The translations under genes and the position numbers were made by a program. Positions 19,603-28,410 of a stretch of DNA of 48,062 nucleotides are shown here, in pieces; position 1 is the first letter of the stretch; the number at the start of each line of letters is the position of its first letter. The stretch is from Methylobacter sp. (GTDB lineage: Bacteria; Pseudomonadota; Gammaproteobacteria; Methylococcales; Methylomonadaceae), in contig JAQTLI010000001.1 in the NCBI GenBank assembly GCA_028714995.1, positions 1 to 48,062 on the forward strand. Reading direction: 5' to 3'. The notes below the pieces were generated by a model. That model saw only the letters and a list, made by a program, of their open reading frames with translations. It was not told the origin of the DNA and did no database searches.

Positions 19603-20520
19603 ATGCACTCCTCCGCTATTGACAACTGGCGTCACTCTCACGTCTTTGACGAGGGCAACCCCCTGGCAGAAAGAAACACGCGCTGGGCTCTGGTACTAAC
19701 CGCCGTCATGATGGTGGCCGAGATCGTCGGCGGTTTGATGTACAACTCAATGGCGCTGTTGGCTGATGGCTGGCACATGAGTTCGCACGCCTTGGCGCTG
19801 GGTCTGTCGGTGCTGGCCTATGGTGCTGCTCGTCGCTTTACCCACGATGTGCGGTTCGCCTTTGGCACTTGGAAGATTGAGGTGCTGGGCGGCTATACCA
19901 GTGCGGTTTTCCTTGTAGGCGTTGCAGGGCTGATGCTGTACCAATCTGTTGAACGTCTGCTCTCACCGACGCCGATTCACTACGATCAAGCCATTGCGAT
20001 TGCGATGGTCGGCCTGCTGGTCAATCTTGCTTGCGCGTGGCTGCTTAAGGATGGACATGCCCATCAAGAGCATGGCAGTCATCATCACCATCACGACATG
20101 AACCTGCGTTCCGCGTATTTGCATGTCTTGGCTGACGCAGCTACCTCTGTGCTCGCCATACTGGCGCTGATCGGCGGCAAATTTTGGGGGGCCAATTGGC
20201 TAGATCCGGTCATGGGTATTGTCGGTGCCGGCCTGGTCGCGATATGGGCCTATGGATTGCTGCATGACACCGGACGTGTGCTACTCGATGCCGAAATGAA
20301 CGCCCCTGTAGTGGCAGAAATCCGGGAAGTCATCGATGCAAGCCCACTCAAGGCCGACATCACTGACCTGCATGTGTGGCGTGTCGGTAAGGGCAAATAC
20401 GCGTGTATCCTCTCGCTCGCCGTCACCGATGCCGCAGAGCCGGATGACTTCAGGCGACAGCTAAGCATTCATGAAGAACTGGTGCATGTCACCGTTGAAG
20501 TCAACCTACGCCGAGAGTAG
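19603..20520 (+). CDS. dmeF: CDF Co/Ni efflux transporter DmeF
   Basis: WRHSHVF N-terminus, SMALLADGWHM, His-rich loop, AYLHVLAD, DLHVW. Confidence 0.92.
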   Translation: MHSSAIDNWRHSHVFDEGNPLAERNTRWALVLTAVMMVAEIVGGLMYNSMALLADGWHMSSHALALGLSVLAYGAARRFTHDVRFAFGTWKIEVLGGYTSAVFLVGVAGLMLYQSVERLLSPTPIHYDQAIAIAMVGLLVNLACAWLLKDGHAHQEHGSHHHHHDMNLRSAYLHVLADAATSVLAILALIGGKFWGANWLDPVMGIVGAGLVAIWAYGLLHDTGRVLLDAEMNAPVVAEIREVIDASPLKADITDLHVWRVGKGKYACILSLAVTDAAEPDDFRRQLSIHEELVHVTVEVNLRRE

Positions 20521-20745
20521 TCAAACACGTTGTCGATCGACAGCGTATACATCTCAACCGGGCGTCAGGCCAGATTAGAGTCGTTCGCCATTAAATCTTC
20601 GGCCAAACTCGTTACATCGCCCGCGGTAATAAACGCCAAGCGACCTTTACCATCATCTGTCGATCTAACAGGCAGTCGGACAGGTAGCTAAAACTTAAAA
20701 GTGGTCGATGATTCTCTTGGCCAACAATGCTGGGGTGCCCATACA

Positions 20746-20782
20746 GGGTATAGCTCTCGAAACGGACAAAATCGTACGCAAG
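20746..20782 (+). repeat. Degenerate Tn3-family IR (same subtype as 3278-3315)
   Basis: GGGTATAGCTCTCGAAACGGACAAAATCGTACGC-AAG aligns with the 3278 IR. Confidence 0.65.
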
Positions 20783-20804
20783 GGATGCTTGCTTGGCAGA
20801 GGCG

Positions 20805-21998
20805 CTACCGGTTGTCTTTTGGTTGTCGAATCAAGCCAATAAGCGCCATCGCGCAAAAGACCGCACCCGCATAAAACGTGAACGACGCTCCGAACCGATC
20901 CCACAACAGCCCCGCAAGTACGCTGGCAATGAGCATGGCAAACCCGCTCATCAGGTTGAAGAAGCCATAGGCAGTGCCGCGTAGATCGATGGGCGCGGTA
21001 TCGGCCACCATGGTCGCCAGTAAACCCTGCGTCATTCCCATGTGGATGCCCCAGAGCGCGACCCCAATCAGCACGACGCCCCAATGATCGTTGGTGGCCA
21101 GGACCAGATCGGCCGCGATCAGCACGATGAGGCCAAGCGCCAGCAGTTTGGCATGACTTATTTTGTCGGAAAGCTTGCCGAACGGATAAGCCGAAGCCGC
21201 ATAGACCAGATTCATTGCCACCATGACCAGCGGCACCAGTGCGATGGGAATACCGCCCTGTTGTGCACGCAGAACCAAAAACGCTTCGCTGAAACGGGCC
21301 AGTGTGAAAACGGCACCGATACCCACCACCCACCAATACCTTCGGTCGAGACGTTTTAGATTTTCCCGGCGAATCGGGTTGATACGTCTGCCATCCACAT
21401 GCTGCTTCGGTTCCCGCACTCCGAACAAGAGCAGTGCGACCGCCATCAATCCGGGGATTACCGCAACCCAAAATACCGCTCGGAAGTCGTTTGCCCAGAG
21501 CAGCATCAAACCGACCGCCAGCAGCGGCCCCAAAAACGCGCCCACCGTATCCAGAGACTGGCGCAGCCCGAAGGCGGCGCCTCGCAAGTGGGGCGGGGCA
21601 ATGTCCGCGACCAAGGCATCGCGCGGAGCGCCGCGTATACCTTTCCCCACTCTATCCAACAGTCTGGCCGTCAATACGATGCCGATACCGGGCGCCAAGG
21701 CAAACAACGGCTTGGTCAATGCCCCTAGGGCGTAGCCGGCCAGCGCAAGCCCTTTGCGCCTGCCGAGATAGTCACTCAGCACACCTGAGAATACTTTGAC
21801 AATCAATGCCGTGGATTCGGCCACCCCTTCGATCAGGCCTACCGCGAAGGCGCTTGCCTCCAGTGTTGTGACCAGGAACAGGGGTAGCAGGCTATGGATC
21901 ATCTCCGAGGAAATATCCATCAGTAAACTGACGAAGCCTAGTATCCAAATGCCCGAAGGAATTTGACGCAGTATGCTATGGGTGATTTTTTTGGTCAT
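20805..21998 (-). CDS. MFS transporter
   Basis: Many TM helices; SDYLGRRK motif A, DRVGKGIRGAPRDAL; overlaps the kinase stop. Confidence 0.92.
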   Translation of the reverse strand: MTKKITHSILRQIPSGIWILGFVSLLMDISSEMIHSLLPLFLVTTLEASAFAVGLIEGVAESTALIVKVFSGVLSDYLGRRKGLALAGYALGALTKPLFALAPGIGIVLTARLLDRVGKGIRGAPRDALVADIAPPHLRGAAFGLRQSLDTVGAFLGPLLAVGLMLLWANDFRAVFWVAVIPGLMAVALLLFGVREPKQHVDGRRINPIRRENLKRLDRRYWWVVGIGAVFTLARFSEAFLVLRAQQGGIPIALVPLVMVAMNLVYAASAYPFGKLSDKISHAKLLALGLIVLIAADLVLATNDHWGVVLIGVALWGIHMGMTQGLLATMVADTAPIDLRGTAYGFFNLMSGFAMLIASVLAGLLWDRFGASFTFYAGAVFCAMALIGLIRQPKDNR

Positions 21999-23451
21999 TG
22001 AACAAAGGGAAATGCAAAGTGACGGTCGTACCTTTACCGGGTTGGGATTCGATGCTCACCGTTCCACCATGCATTGCCATGATAGACCTGATAATAGCCA
22101 AACCCAGCCCGGTGCTGTGGGAGTCGGCAGAGCGAGCCTGATCGACACGGTAGAAGCGGTCGAACACTTTTGGGAGATGCTCTCGCGCAATGCCGCATCC
22201 GTTATCACTGACATGGATAGACACGCCATCTGCGCTTGGGGAAGGCTCCACGACCAGCTTGATCTGCCCACCCAGAGACGTATGGCGGATAGCGTTGGCG
22301 AGTAAATTAGTGACCGCACGCCGGAATAGGATGGGATCGGCTTCCAGGCCAGCCTCGCCCTCGCATTGAATCGTTACCCCCTGTTCTTCGGTCACGGCTT
22401 CGTAAAAATCACGGATCGCCTCCAGTTCTTGGCGCACATCGAGCCGGGCCAGTTGCAGAGGAACCTGGGCGTTGTCTGCGCGGGCCAGGAACAACAGGCT
22501 GTCGATCATGCGGGAGAGTCTGCCGCACTCCTCCAGGCTCGACTCCAGTACATTGCGATACTCGGTCTCCGAGCGAGCACGAGCAAGCGTGACTTCGGCC
22601 TCGCCCATCAGATTATTGATTGGCGTGCGTAGCTCATGCGCCAAATCCGCGGAAAACTGGGTAAGCCGAGTAAACGAGTCTTCCAGGCGTCCGAGCATTT
22701 GATCGAAGGCTTCGGCAAGCGTCCTCAGTTCCCGAGGCCAACGAGTCGGCTCGATGCGTTCATGCAATTGACTCGCGGTAATGCGTTGAGCGGCACGGGT
22801 GATGTCCTGCAAGGGTCGCATGCCCCGGCGTGCAACCAGCGCACCGAGCAATGCTGAAAGTAATATCCCGAATGGCAGTATCATCGCCAGTTTGCGCTGG
22901 TAATCGGTGAGTAGCGCATCTTCACGGCTGATATCCAGCGCCACCTGAATTACGCGGGATTCACCTGCCTCATTAACCACTTGCGCCGCCAACAGAAGGT
23001 AAGGATGACCGTCTGTCGTGTGCCACTGTAAGCTGTTCTCGGCCAAGTCGCCCCGTTTCGTCTCGGCGGCAGGCATTGGGAAAACCATAGCGGGAACAAC
23101 TTTTGCCATACCAGGCGTTTCGATCACCACAATACCCTGGGGTTCGAGAATGCGTGAAAAATAAGCGTAATAGGGTGTGACCTTTGCTGTCACCGCCTCC
23201 CATTGAACTTCTTGTTCAAGGGAAGTCCAATTATCCCCGTGCTCTTTTAAGAGTATTTGCAGGCTATGCACTTTGTCAGCAAGAAACTGTTTGTCTTCCT
23301 CGCGGAGGTTGATCACTACCGCCTCGTATAAGAACGCGGTAACCACAATCAGTAATGCGGACGCCGAGAGGGTGTAAAGCAGCGTTAATCGCCCGGCAAT
23401 CGAACCGGGGTCTCGGTCGATCTTATCGTTCTTCAAGGACGTAGCCGACAC
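21976..23451 (-). CDS. Heavy-metal sensor histidine kinase (CusS/CzcS family)
   Basis: Two TMs, [15 protein letters not shown]-box, NLLANA, DNGCGI, GLGLAI. Confidence 0.93.
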   Translation of the reverse strand: MSATSLKNDKIDRDPGSIAGRLTLLYTLSASALLIVVTAFLYEAVVINLREEDKQFLADKVHSLQILLKEHGDNWTSLEQEVQWEAVTAKVTPYYAYFSRILEPQGIVVIETPGMAKVVPAMVFPMPAAETKRGDLAENSLQWHTTDGHPYLLLAAQVVNEAGESRVIQVALDISREDALLTDYQRKLAMILPFGILLSALLGALVARRGMRPLQDITRAAQRITASQLHERIEPTRWPRELRTLAEAFDQMLGRLEDSFTRLTQFSADLAHELRTPINNLMGEAEVTLARARSETEYRNVLESSLEECGRLSRMIDSLLFLARADNAQVPLQLARLDVRQELEAIRDFYEAVTEEQGVTIQCEGEAGLEADPILFRRAVTNLLANAIRHTSLGGQIKLVVEPSPSADGVSIHVSDNGCGIAREHLPKVFDRFYRVDQARSADSHSTGLGLAIIRSIMAMHGGTVSIESQPGKGTTVTLHFPLFNDQKNHP

Positions 23452-24094
23452 CGCGCAGCGTGTGAATTAGTTTTTTATCGAACGGGTCGTCCACCTTGCG
23501 GCGTAACCGCCTTACCGCGACATCGACTACGTTGGTATTGCTGTCGAAGTTCAACCCCCAGACCTGTTCCTCGATGAGAGTTCGGGAAATGACCTCGCCC
23601 TGTCGGCGCGCGAGCAGAGAAATCAATGAAAACTCCTTGGGAGTCAGAGTAAGCTTGCTGCCGGCGCGGGAAGCTTTAAACCGCAACAGATCGATTTCCA
23701 GGTCGGCTATGCAGAGCAATTCCGGTTGTTGTGCCGGGCTACGCCGCAACAGGGAACGCACGCGGGCCAACAGTTCCGAGAAGGCGAACGGCTTGACCAG
23801 ATAATCATCCGCACCCAGTTCCAGGCCTTTGACACGGTCATTCACCGCGTCTCGAGCGGTCAGAAATAGCACGGGCATTGACTTTCCGCTTTTCCGAAGT
23901 TCCTTAACCACCGTCCAGCCATTCATGACCGGAAGCATGACATCGACGATGACCACGTCGTAATTTCCTGTCGAAGCGAGGAAAAGACCATCCTGACCAT
24001 TCTGGGCATGATCAACTACAAAATCGTTTTCGGCCAGTCCCTTTTGCAAATAGGCGGCGGTCTTGAGTTCGTCTTCGATGATGAGCAGGCGCAT
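23423..24094 (-). CDS. Heavy-metal response regulator (CusR/CzcR, OmpR family)
   Basis: [40 protein letters not shown]. Confidence 0.95.
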   Translation of the reverse strand: MRLLIIEDELKTAAYLQKGLAENDFVVDHAQNGQDGLFLASTGNYDVVIVDVMLPVMNGWTVVKELRKSGKSMPVLFLTARDAVNDRVKGLELGADDYLVKPFAFSELLARVRSLLRRSPAQQPELLCIADLEIDLLRFKASRAGSKLTLTPKEFSLISLLARRQGEVISRTLIEEQVWGLNFDSNTNVVDVAVRRLRRKVDDPFDKKLIHTLRGVGYVLEER

Positions 24095-24293
24095 GATAGT
24101 AAAAATTATAACGATTCAAAGTGTTTCAAAACAACGGCTTTATTTACGAAGATCATGAAGAGCCGGTTTATGTTGAGTCTTATGAGGCAATTGCAAAACC
24201 TCAACGACGAGCTGAATTAACCCCGGTGAAAGGTAGGAAAGGGTGGTCATTGCCGGCACGACGGAGTTTCTAACGACAATATCAACGCCCCAG

Positions 24294-24500
24294 ATGAATC
24301 ATACACACCGCACAGGCATCCTGCAACGATGGACGATCATTCAATAATATGAGCTATTACCTGAATTGAAGAATGAGGTTGGCAGCCTAACGCCGAAATT
24401 GGAAAAGCTAATTCATATCACAATTGCCTTACTGGAACGGTTGAAAATTGATCGTGCCTTAAGACGCCTGTATTGTTATGTTATCTTTGATTTCGAGTAA
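24294..24500 (+). pseudogene. IS transposase remnant (IS1182/IS5-like N-terminus, internal stop and deletion)
   Basis: MNHTHRTGILQRWTIIQ*YELLPELKNEVGSLTPKLEKLIHI...LLERLKIDRALRRL; recognised from memory of the family only. Confidence 0.5.
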
Positions 24501-24569
24501 ATAAATCCAACTATATCATGACCGTCGGCTTTTGGCCGGACTCGGCCATTCGAAGTTCGGCCTATCTAC

Positions 24570-24593
24570 TATTGATAACGGATTTTATCAATA
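24570..24593. repeat. Palindrome with 6-bp spacer, tyrosine-recombinase-site geometry
   Basis: TATTGATAA-CGGATT-TTATCAATA. Confidence 0.5.
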
Positions 24594-24633
24594 ATAAATT
24601 GACTTGAATGCTTCACCGATTTCCCTGTTTACT

Positions 24634-24698
24634 TCATCAATTTGTTTTCGTACCGTTGGATTTCAGACCCCCGAATTCGGAAAAAATCGTACACTTAG
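24634..24698. repeat. Junction of a Tn1000-like IR (24634-24671, minus) and a truncated Tn501-like IR (24673-24698, plus)
   Basis: Reverse complement GGGGTCTGAAATCCAACGGTACGAAAAC abuts GAATTCGGAAAAAATCGTACACTTAG, which lacks its outer ~12 bp. Confidence 0.75.
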
Positions 24699-24763
24699 CC
24701 GCGCCGTTGCAGCTTCCCATTGAACTTAATTGGTGAGACGCGATTGTTCGTTGATATCTGTAC

Positions 24764-25879
24764 TCACGCCCCGGGTGCCTCTGGTCGTTCGCCGGTTGGG
24801 GCGAATATGGGGATGTCGTGCTGCCAAGATCCAACGCCCTCTATCTCAAGTAGGAAGCGGAACGGAAGCCAATTACCATTTTGTCCAGAGGAAAGTTGCT
24901 CGATGCTCTGAACACGTAATACGCTCTGCAACGGCGTGTAATCCTGCTTTGTGATTGAATCGTAATAGGGCACGCAGGCCAGCCGGATGACTTCCAAGTT
25001 GATCAGGCGCAGGAGCCATGGCGAATCTCGGAATAGATCGAAATACTCTTTGATCCGAGTTCCGAAGATCGGGTTGAATTGCATTTCTCCGCGAAAAGTA
25101 GATAGGCATGACCTAATCTTTTGGGGAAGGGCCGCCAAGCCTGTAACAGTGGCAAAGTCACCATTGACTGAGAAAAGGTCGTGCGCGTCGCTGAGCGCAA
25201 GATCAGTCGGAATATTGTGCGCGCTAGTGCGGGGAAAGCTTTTAAGCACCCGGCACGTAACAATGTAGCCAGCATCTGTCTTCTGCCACACGGGAGCGGC
25301 AGCCAGTTGTCGGCCATCGCCTAACGCGTTCACCAACACATAGCGGTCATACCTGTCGATACGATCAAAGCGCTCGCTAAACTTGATGAGCGCGGAAAGA
25401 TCACCAATGAGGAAGTGGTCGATGCGCAGCTGCCACTCACACTCAATAGTGCCAATTACTTCACCAATAAAGACCAAGTCTTGGCCAAGCGCCACGAAGT
25501 CTGTTTCCGTTCTAAGCCTGGAGCCACTAAGTTCTGAGGACACTTGGCTCTCATGATCTAACTTCATCTTGTGAAGAACGTCCGCTGTGTATCGCATCTC
25601 GTCCCTGTCAATCTCAGTGCTATGGTTTGCACATAACCAGATGCCGTTTTCAATGTGAGAACGTTGCTCTGGTGTCATCGAGAGGAGATAGCGACGAGAA
25701 CCTGGCGCAGCTCCATGGATATGGGCCGCTACCCCAATATTGACATGAGCAATAGGTGACTCATCACTAGGGCCTGAAGTTGGAGATCCACAACCAGGAA
25801 ACGAACACCGATGGTTTGCGCGGAGGCCAAGCACTCTTATCGTTTTTTTTGAGAAATTATCGCGGTTCGATCCTGCCAT
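24764..25879 (-). CDS. HNH endonuclease-domain protein with a C-terminal gp25/baseplate-wedge-like domain
   Basis: N-terminal CSFPGC...AAHI...NGIWLCANH..EID; C-terminal DLALSDAHDLFSVNGDFATVTGLAALPQKIRSCLSTFRGEMQFNPIFG. Confidence 0.75.
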   Translation of the reverse strand: MAGSNRDNFSKKTIRVLGLRANHRCSFPGCGSPTSGPSDESPIAHVNIGVAAHIHGAAPGSRRYLLSMTPEQRSHIENGIWLCANHSTEIDRDEMRYTADVLHKMKLDHESQVSSELSGSRLRTETDFVALGQDLVFIGEVIGTIECEWQLRIDHFLIGDLSALIKFSERFDRIDRYDRYVLVNALGDGRQLAAAPVWQKTDAGYIVTCRVLKSFPRTSAHNIPTDLALSDAHDLFSVNGDFATVTGLAALPQKIRSCLSTFRGEMQFNPIFGTRIKEYFDLFRDSPWLLRLINLEVIRLACVPYYDSITKQDYTPLQSVLRVQSIEQLSSGQNGNWLPFRFLLEIEGVGSWQHDIPIFAPTGERPEAPGA

Positions 25880-26236
25880 GCTATTTAGCCCCTTGGAAGC
25901 AAGCTGAGTTTGTCAATCGGATTTTCATCCGGTGGATTTCTAACGTTACTGTATAGGTTTTTTGGAAATGAAACGGGAAATCGGATTAAGAGTCGCCATT
26001 CACCTAAACTCCAGCACTGAGCAGCGCAGTTTCTTGAGAGAATTGCTGATCAATGTCCAAACTTGTTCGCCACTGGCGAGCTGGAATGACAGGAGCGTTT
26101 GACTGATGGGAGCAGTATGAATTGAGATGTTCACTACTGTTCTGCGAGGGATTGCGGAGGAAGCCCCCGCGGTCTACTCACCAACGGCTCGACTTTCAAA
26201 CATTATAGAGCATTGCGTGGCAGACGTTGATAAGGC

Positions 26237-27259
26237 TCAAATCTTAATCCGCTCAACCTCTTCGAGAGTGATCGCATCGTTGGTGCGGTCGTAGAGCTTG
26301 GTCGTGCGGGGGCTTTCGTGCGCGGCCATGGTCTGGGCGTTTTCGAGGGAGCCACCTTCCTCCAGATAGGCGGTGATACCAGTTGCCCGGAAGGTGTGGC
26401 AACCGATTGGGAAGGCGATCTCGGCTTCCAGGGCGCGTTTCCTGACCATGCGCCAGGCGTCGACGCGGCTTAGCCGTTTCTCGCTGAGGGTTCCAGTCTT
26501 GCGGAGAGCCGGGCGGAAGAGGGGACCACGCTTGTCATCGCAGAGGCCTGCGGCATTCAGATACGCATCGAGATAGGCCTCCAGCTTGTGATGGCAGGGC
26601 ATCTCATGACGCTTGCCACCCTTCTCGTGCAGGCGCAGCCACCAGCGTTTGCCCTCGGGGTAGTAGTCTTCGACCCGCATGGCGACGACGGCACCGATGC
26701 GGGCGAAGGCGTAGCACATGACGCTGATCAAGGCCTTGTCGCGCAGGTCGAGCAGGGTATCAGTCGGGATGCTGTCGAGGAGCAGCCTGGCCTGTTCGGC
26801 AGTGAGCACGGGCGTCTTGCCGCGTTTGACCACATGCTTCGGCCCGCGCACCGCATGCGCCGGGTTAGTGGCGACGATCTGGCCGGTGACCAGCCAGTCG
26901 AAGCACATGCGGATGGCGGCCAGGTGCTGCTTGACCGAGGGTTTTTCGTAGGTGTTTTGCAGGCTCTCGATATAGGCGGCGACATGCAGCGGTTCGATAT
27001 CGACCAGATCGAGAATATAGGCATCCTGTTCACACCAGGCGAAGAACCGGTTCACGGCCAGGTAATAGGCTGCACGGGTGTTCTTGTTGCGAATCGTGGC
27101 GGCGAAGAATTCCAAAAAACGCCGCGCGGCATTCTCGCCGTCGCGGGCAATGAGACTCGGCACGATCGTCCGATGACTTTCGATCCTGACCGCAAGAGAA
27201 CGATCCGGGCACTCCAGTTTTTGGAGTGTCTTAACAGTGGTGCCAGAAGTGTCGTTCAT
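26237..27259 (-). CDS. Tyrosine recombinase (XerC/D-like, phage integrase family)
   Basis: Catalytic residues FARIG (R), HEKGGK (K), HTFR, AAHES, KLYD (Y); purine-rich RBS before ATG 27259. Confidence 0.93.
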   Translation of the reverse strand: MNDTSGTTVKTLQKLECPDRSLAVRIESHRTIVPSLIARDGENAARRFLEFFAATIRNKNTRAAYYLAVNRFFAWCEQDAYILDLVDIEPLHVAAYIESLQNTYEKPSVKQHLAAIRMCFDWLVTGQIVATNPAHAVRGPKHVVKRGKTPVLTAEQARLLLDSIPTDTLLDLRDKALISVMCYAFARIGAVVAMRVEDYYPEGKRWWLRLHEKGGKRHEMPCHHKLEAYLDAYLNAAGLCDDKRGPLFRPALRKTGTLSEKRLSRVDAWRMVRKRALEAEIAFPIGCHTFRATGITAYLEEGGSLENAQTMAAHESPRTTKLYDRTNDAITLEEVERIKI

Positions 27260-27280
27260 GTTTCCCCCTTGTTGTCCCAA

Positions 27281-27316
27281 TTTAACGTAACATAACGTCC
27301 TTTATGTTACGTTAAA
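27281..27316. other. Probable recombination site of the adjacent tyrosine recombinase
   Basis: Perfect 15-bp arms with 6-bp spacer: TTTAACGTAACATAA-CGTCCT-TTATGTTACGTTAAA, dif-like core. Confidence 0.8.
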
Positions 27317-27451
27317 ATTAGGGTAGGGTGGATAACTTTTAGTTAATAGGAATACCGTTTGCTTCTATCAGCTCGCTACGCTTCATCCCATTAGCATTAA
27401 TACTTATTGTTTGAAAGAGTTGATGTCTCTATCCTACAGTTAGCTGTATAA

Positions 27452-27489
27452 GGGGCAGTCGCAGAATTCGGAAAAAATAGTACGCTAAG
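27452..27489 (+). repeat. Tn501/Tn1721-like 38-bp IR
   Basis: GGGGCAGTCGCAGAATTCGGAAAAAATAGTACGCTAAG. Confidence 0.88.
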
Positions 27490-27944
27490 GCTTCGGAGTG
27501 AATCTATAGCTGTTAATCAGCGTCCAGTATTTACCAGTAAACAGCGTCATAATTGACCATGTAAATTATTATTACACTGTTTTTTAAGGTTCATTTGTTG
27601 GTGAGCCGGTAAAAATCGATGCTGAAAGTGGTAACTTTTGCACGCTGATTTCCAGGAATAAAAGCACAATGAGTAAAAAACAAGATACAGAAGCCAAAAA
27701 ACCATTGATATTTGATATTTGATATTTGCTATTGCCCTGTGTGCGATGCTCCACGCAATAAAGGCAATCACGCTAAATGTTCAAAGATTACGAAACTGAA
27801 ACACATGAAAGAAAGAGGAGAATTAAAATAAAAATAGCGGCATAAGGCTCATGTAATTTTGCTAATTATTTTAATTCTTAAGCAAACCATCATCTTGATG
27901 GGTTTAAATACGATTTCATATTGTTGACTCTTTGGAAATTCCAT

Positions 27945-27981
27945 AACCTGCTTAGGCACTTGCCTTTGCAGGTTTTTTTTT
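27945..27981. terminator. Probable intrinsic terminator
   Basis: AACCTGC..AGGCA/TGCCT..GCAGGTT stem followed by a T run on +; just downstream of the 99-aa minus-strand gene. Confidence 0.5.
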
Positions 27982-27994
27982 ACTTTAGGCAATG

Positions 27995-28294
27995 TTAAAA
28001 ATGCTCATTGCGGTAGGCTTCATAGGTTTTTACACCAAATAGAACCGCGAAAATGACTAACATCAACGGCAGCAGATAAGGCGCCCATCCAAAATTAGTG
28101 ACGATTGGCGACAAGAAGGGAGATTTTTCTGCGGTCGCAATCAATGTATCTACCCAGTCGTATGCTATATACGAAAGAAATAATAAGACCCCACTGACTA
28201 CTGCACCGATCTGCCAGACAAAGCCTGTCAAATCGGACAACAAGTCGAACAGTTCATCTGAACTGGATTTTCTTTTATAACGTCTACGTCCCAT
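27995..28294 (-). CDS. Small two-TM membrane protein
   Basis: RBS GAGG; basic N-terminus MGRRRYKRK followed by two hydrophobic helices. Confidence 0.7.
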   Translation of the reverse strand: MGRRRYKRKSSSDELFDLLSDLTGFVWQIGAVVSGVLLFLSYIAYDWVDTLIATAEKSPFLSPIVTNFGWAPYLLPLMLVIFAVLFGVKTYEAYRNEHF

Positions 28295-28363
28295 AATAAT
28301 GCCTCTTAATGTGAATTAGCTTGTTTCGCTGCCATACGCAGCCTTAAATTCGTAAAATATTGG

Positions 28364-28404
28364 GTTAGCCGAAGCTGGTCTGTTATCAATCAGCTTCGGC
28401 CAAC
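28364..28404 (-). terminator. Hairpin ending the defence operon
   Basis: GTTAGCCGAAGCTGGT...ATCAGCTTCGGCCAAC, a few nt after the patatin stop. Confidence 0.55.
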
Positions 28405-28410
28405 TCTTAT

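Noticed and set aside
26237-27316. Integron (IntI plus attI/attC array)
   Set aside because: No IntI-specific insertion recognisable and no attC array; the adjacent site is a simple symmetric palindrome.
27547-27920. 74-aa hydrophobic ORF and TTGATAT x3 microrepeat (27705-27725)
   Set aside because: AT-rich, no RBS or family motif; possibly decayed sequence, not supportable as a gene.
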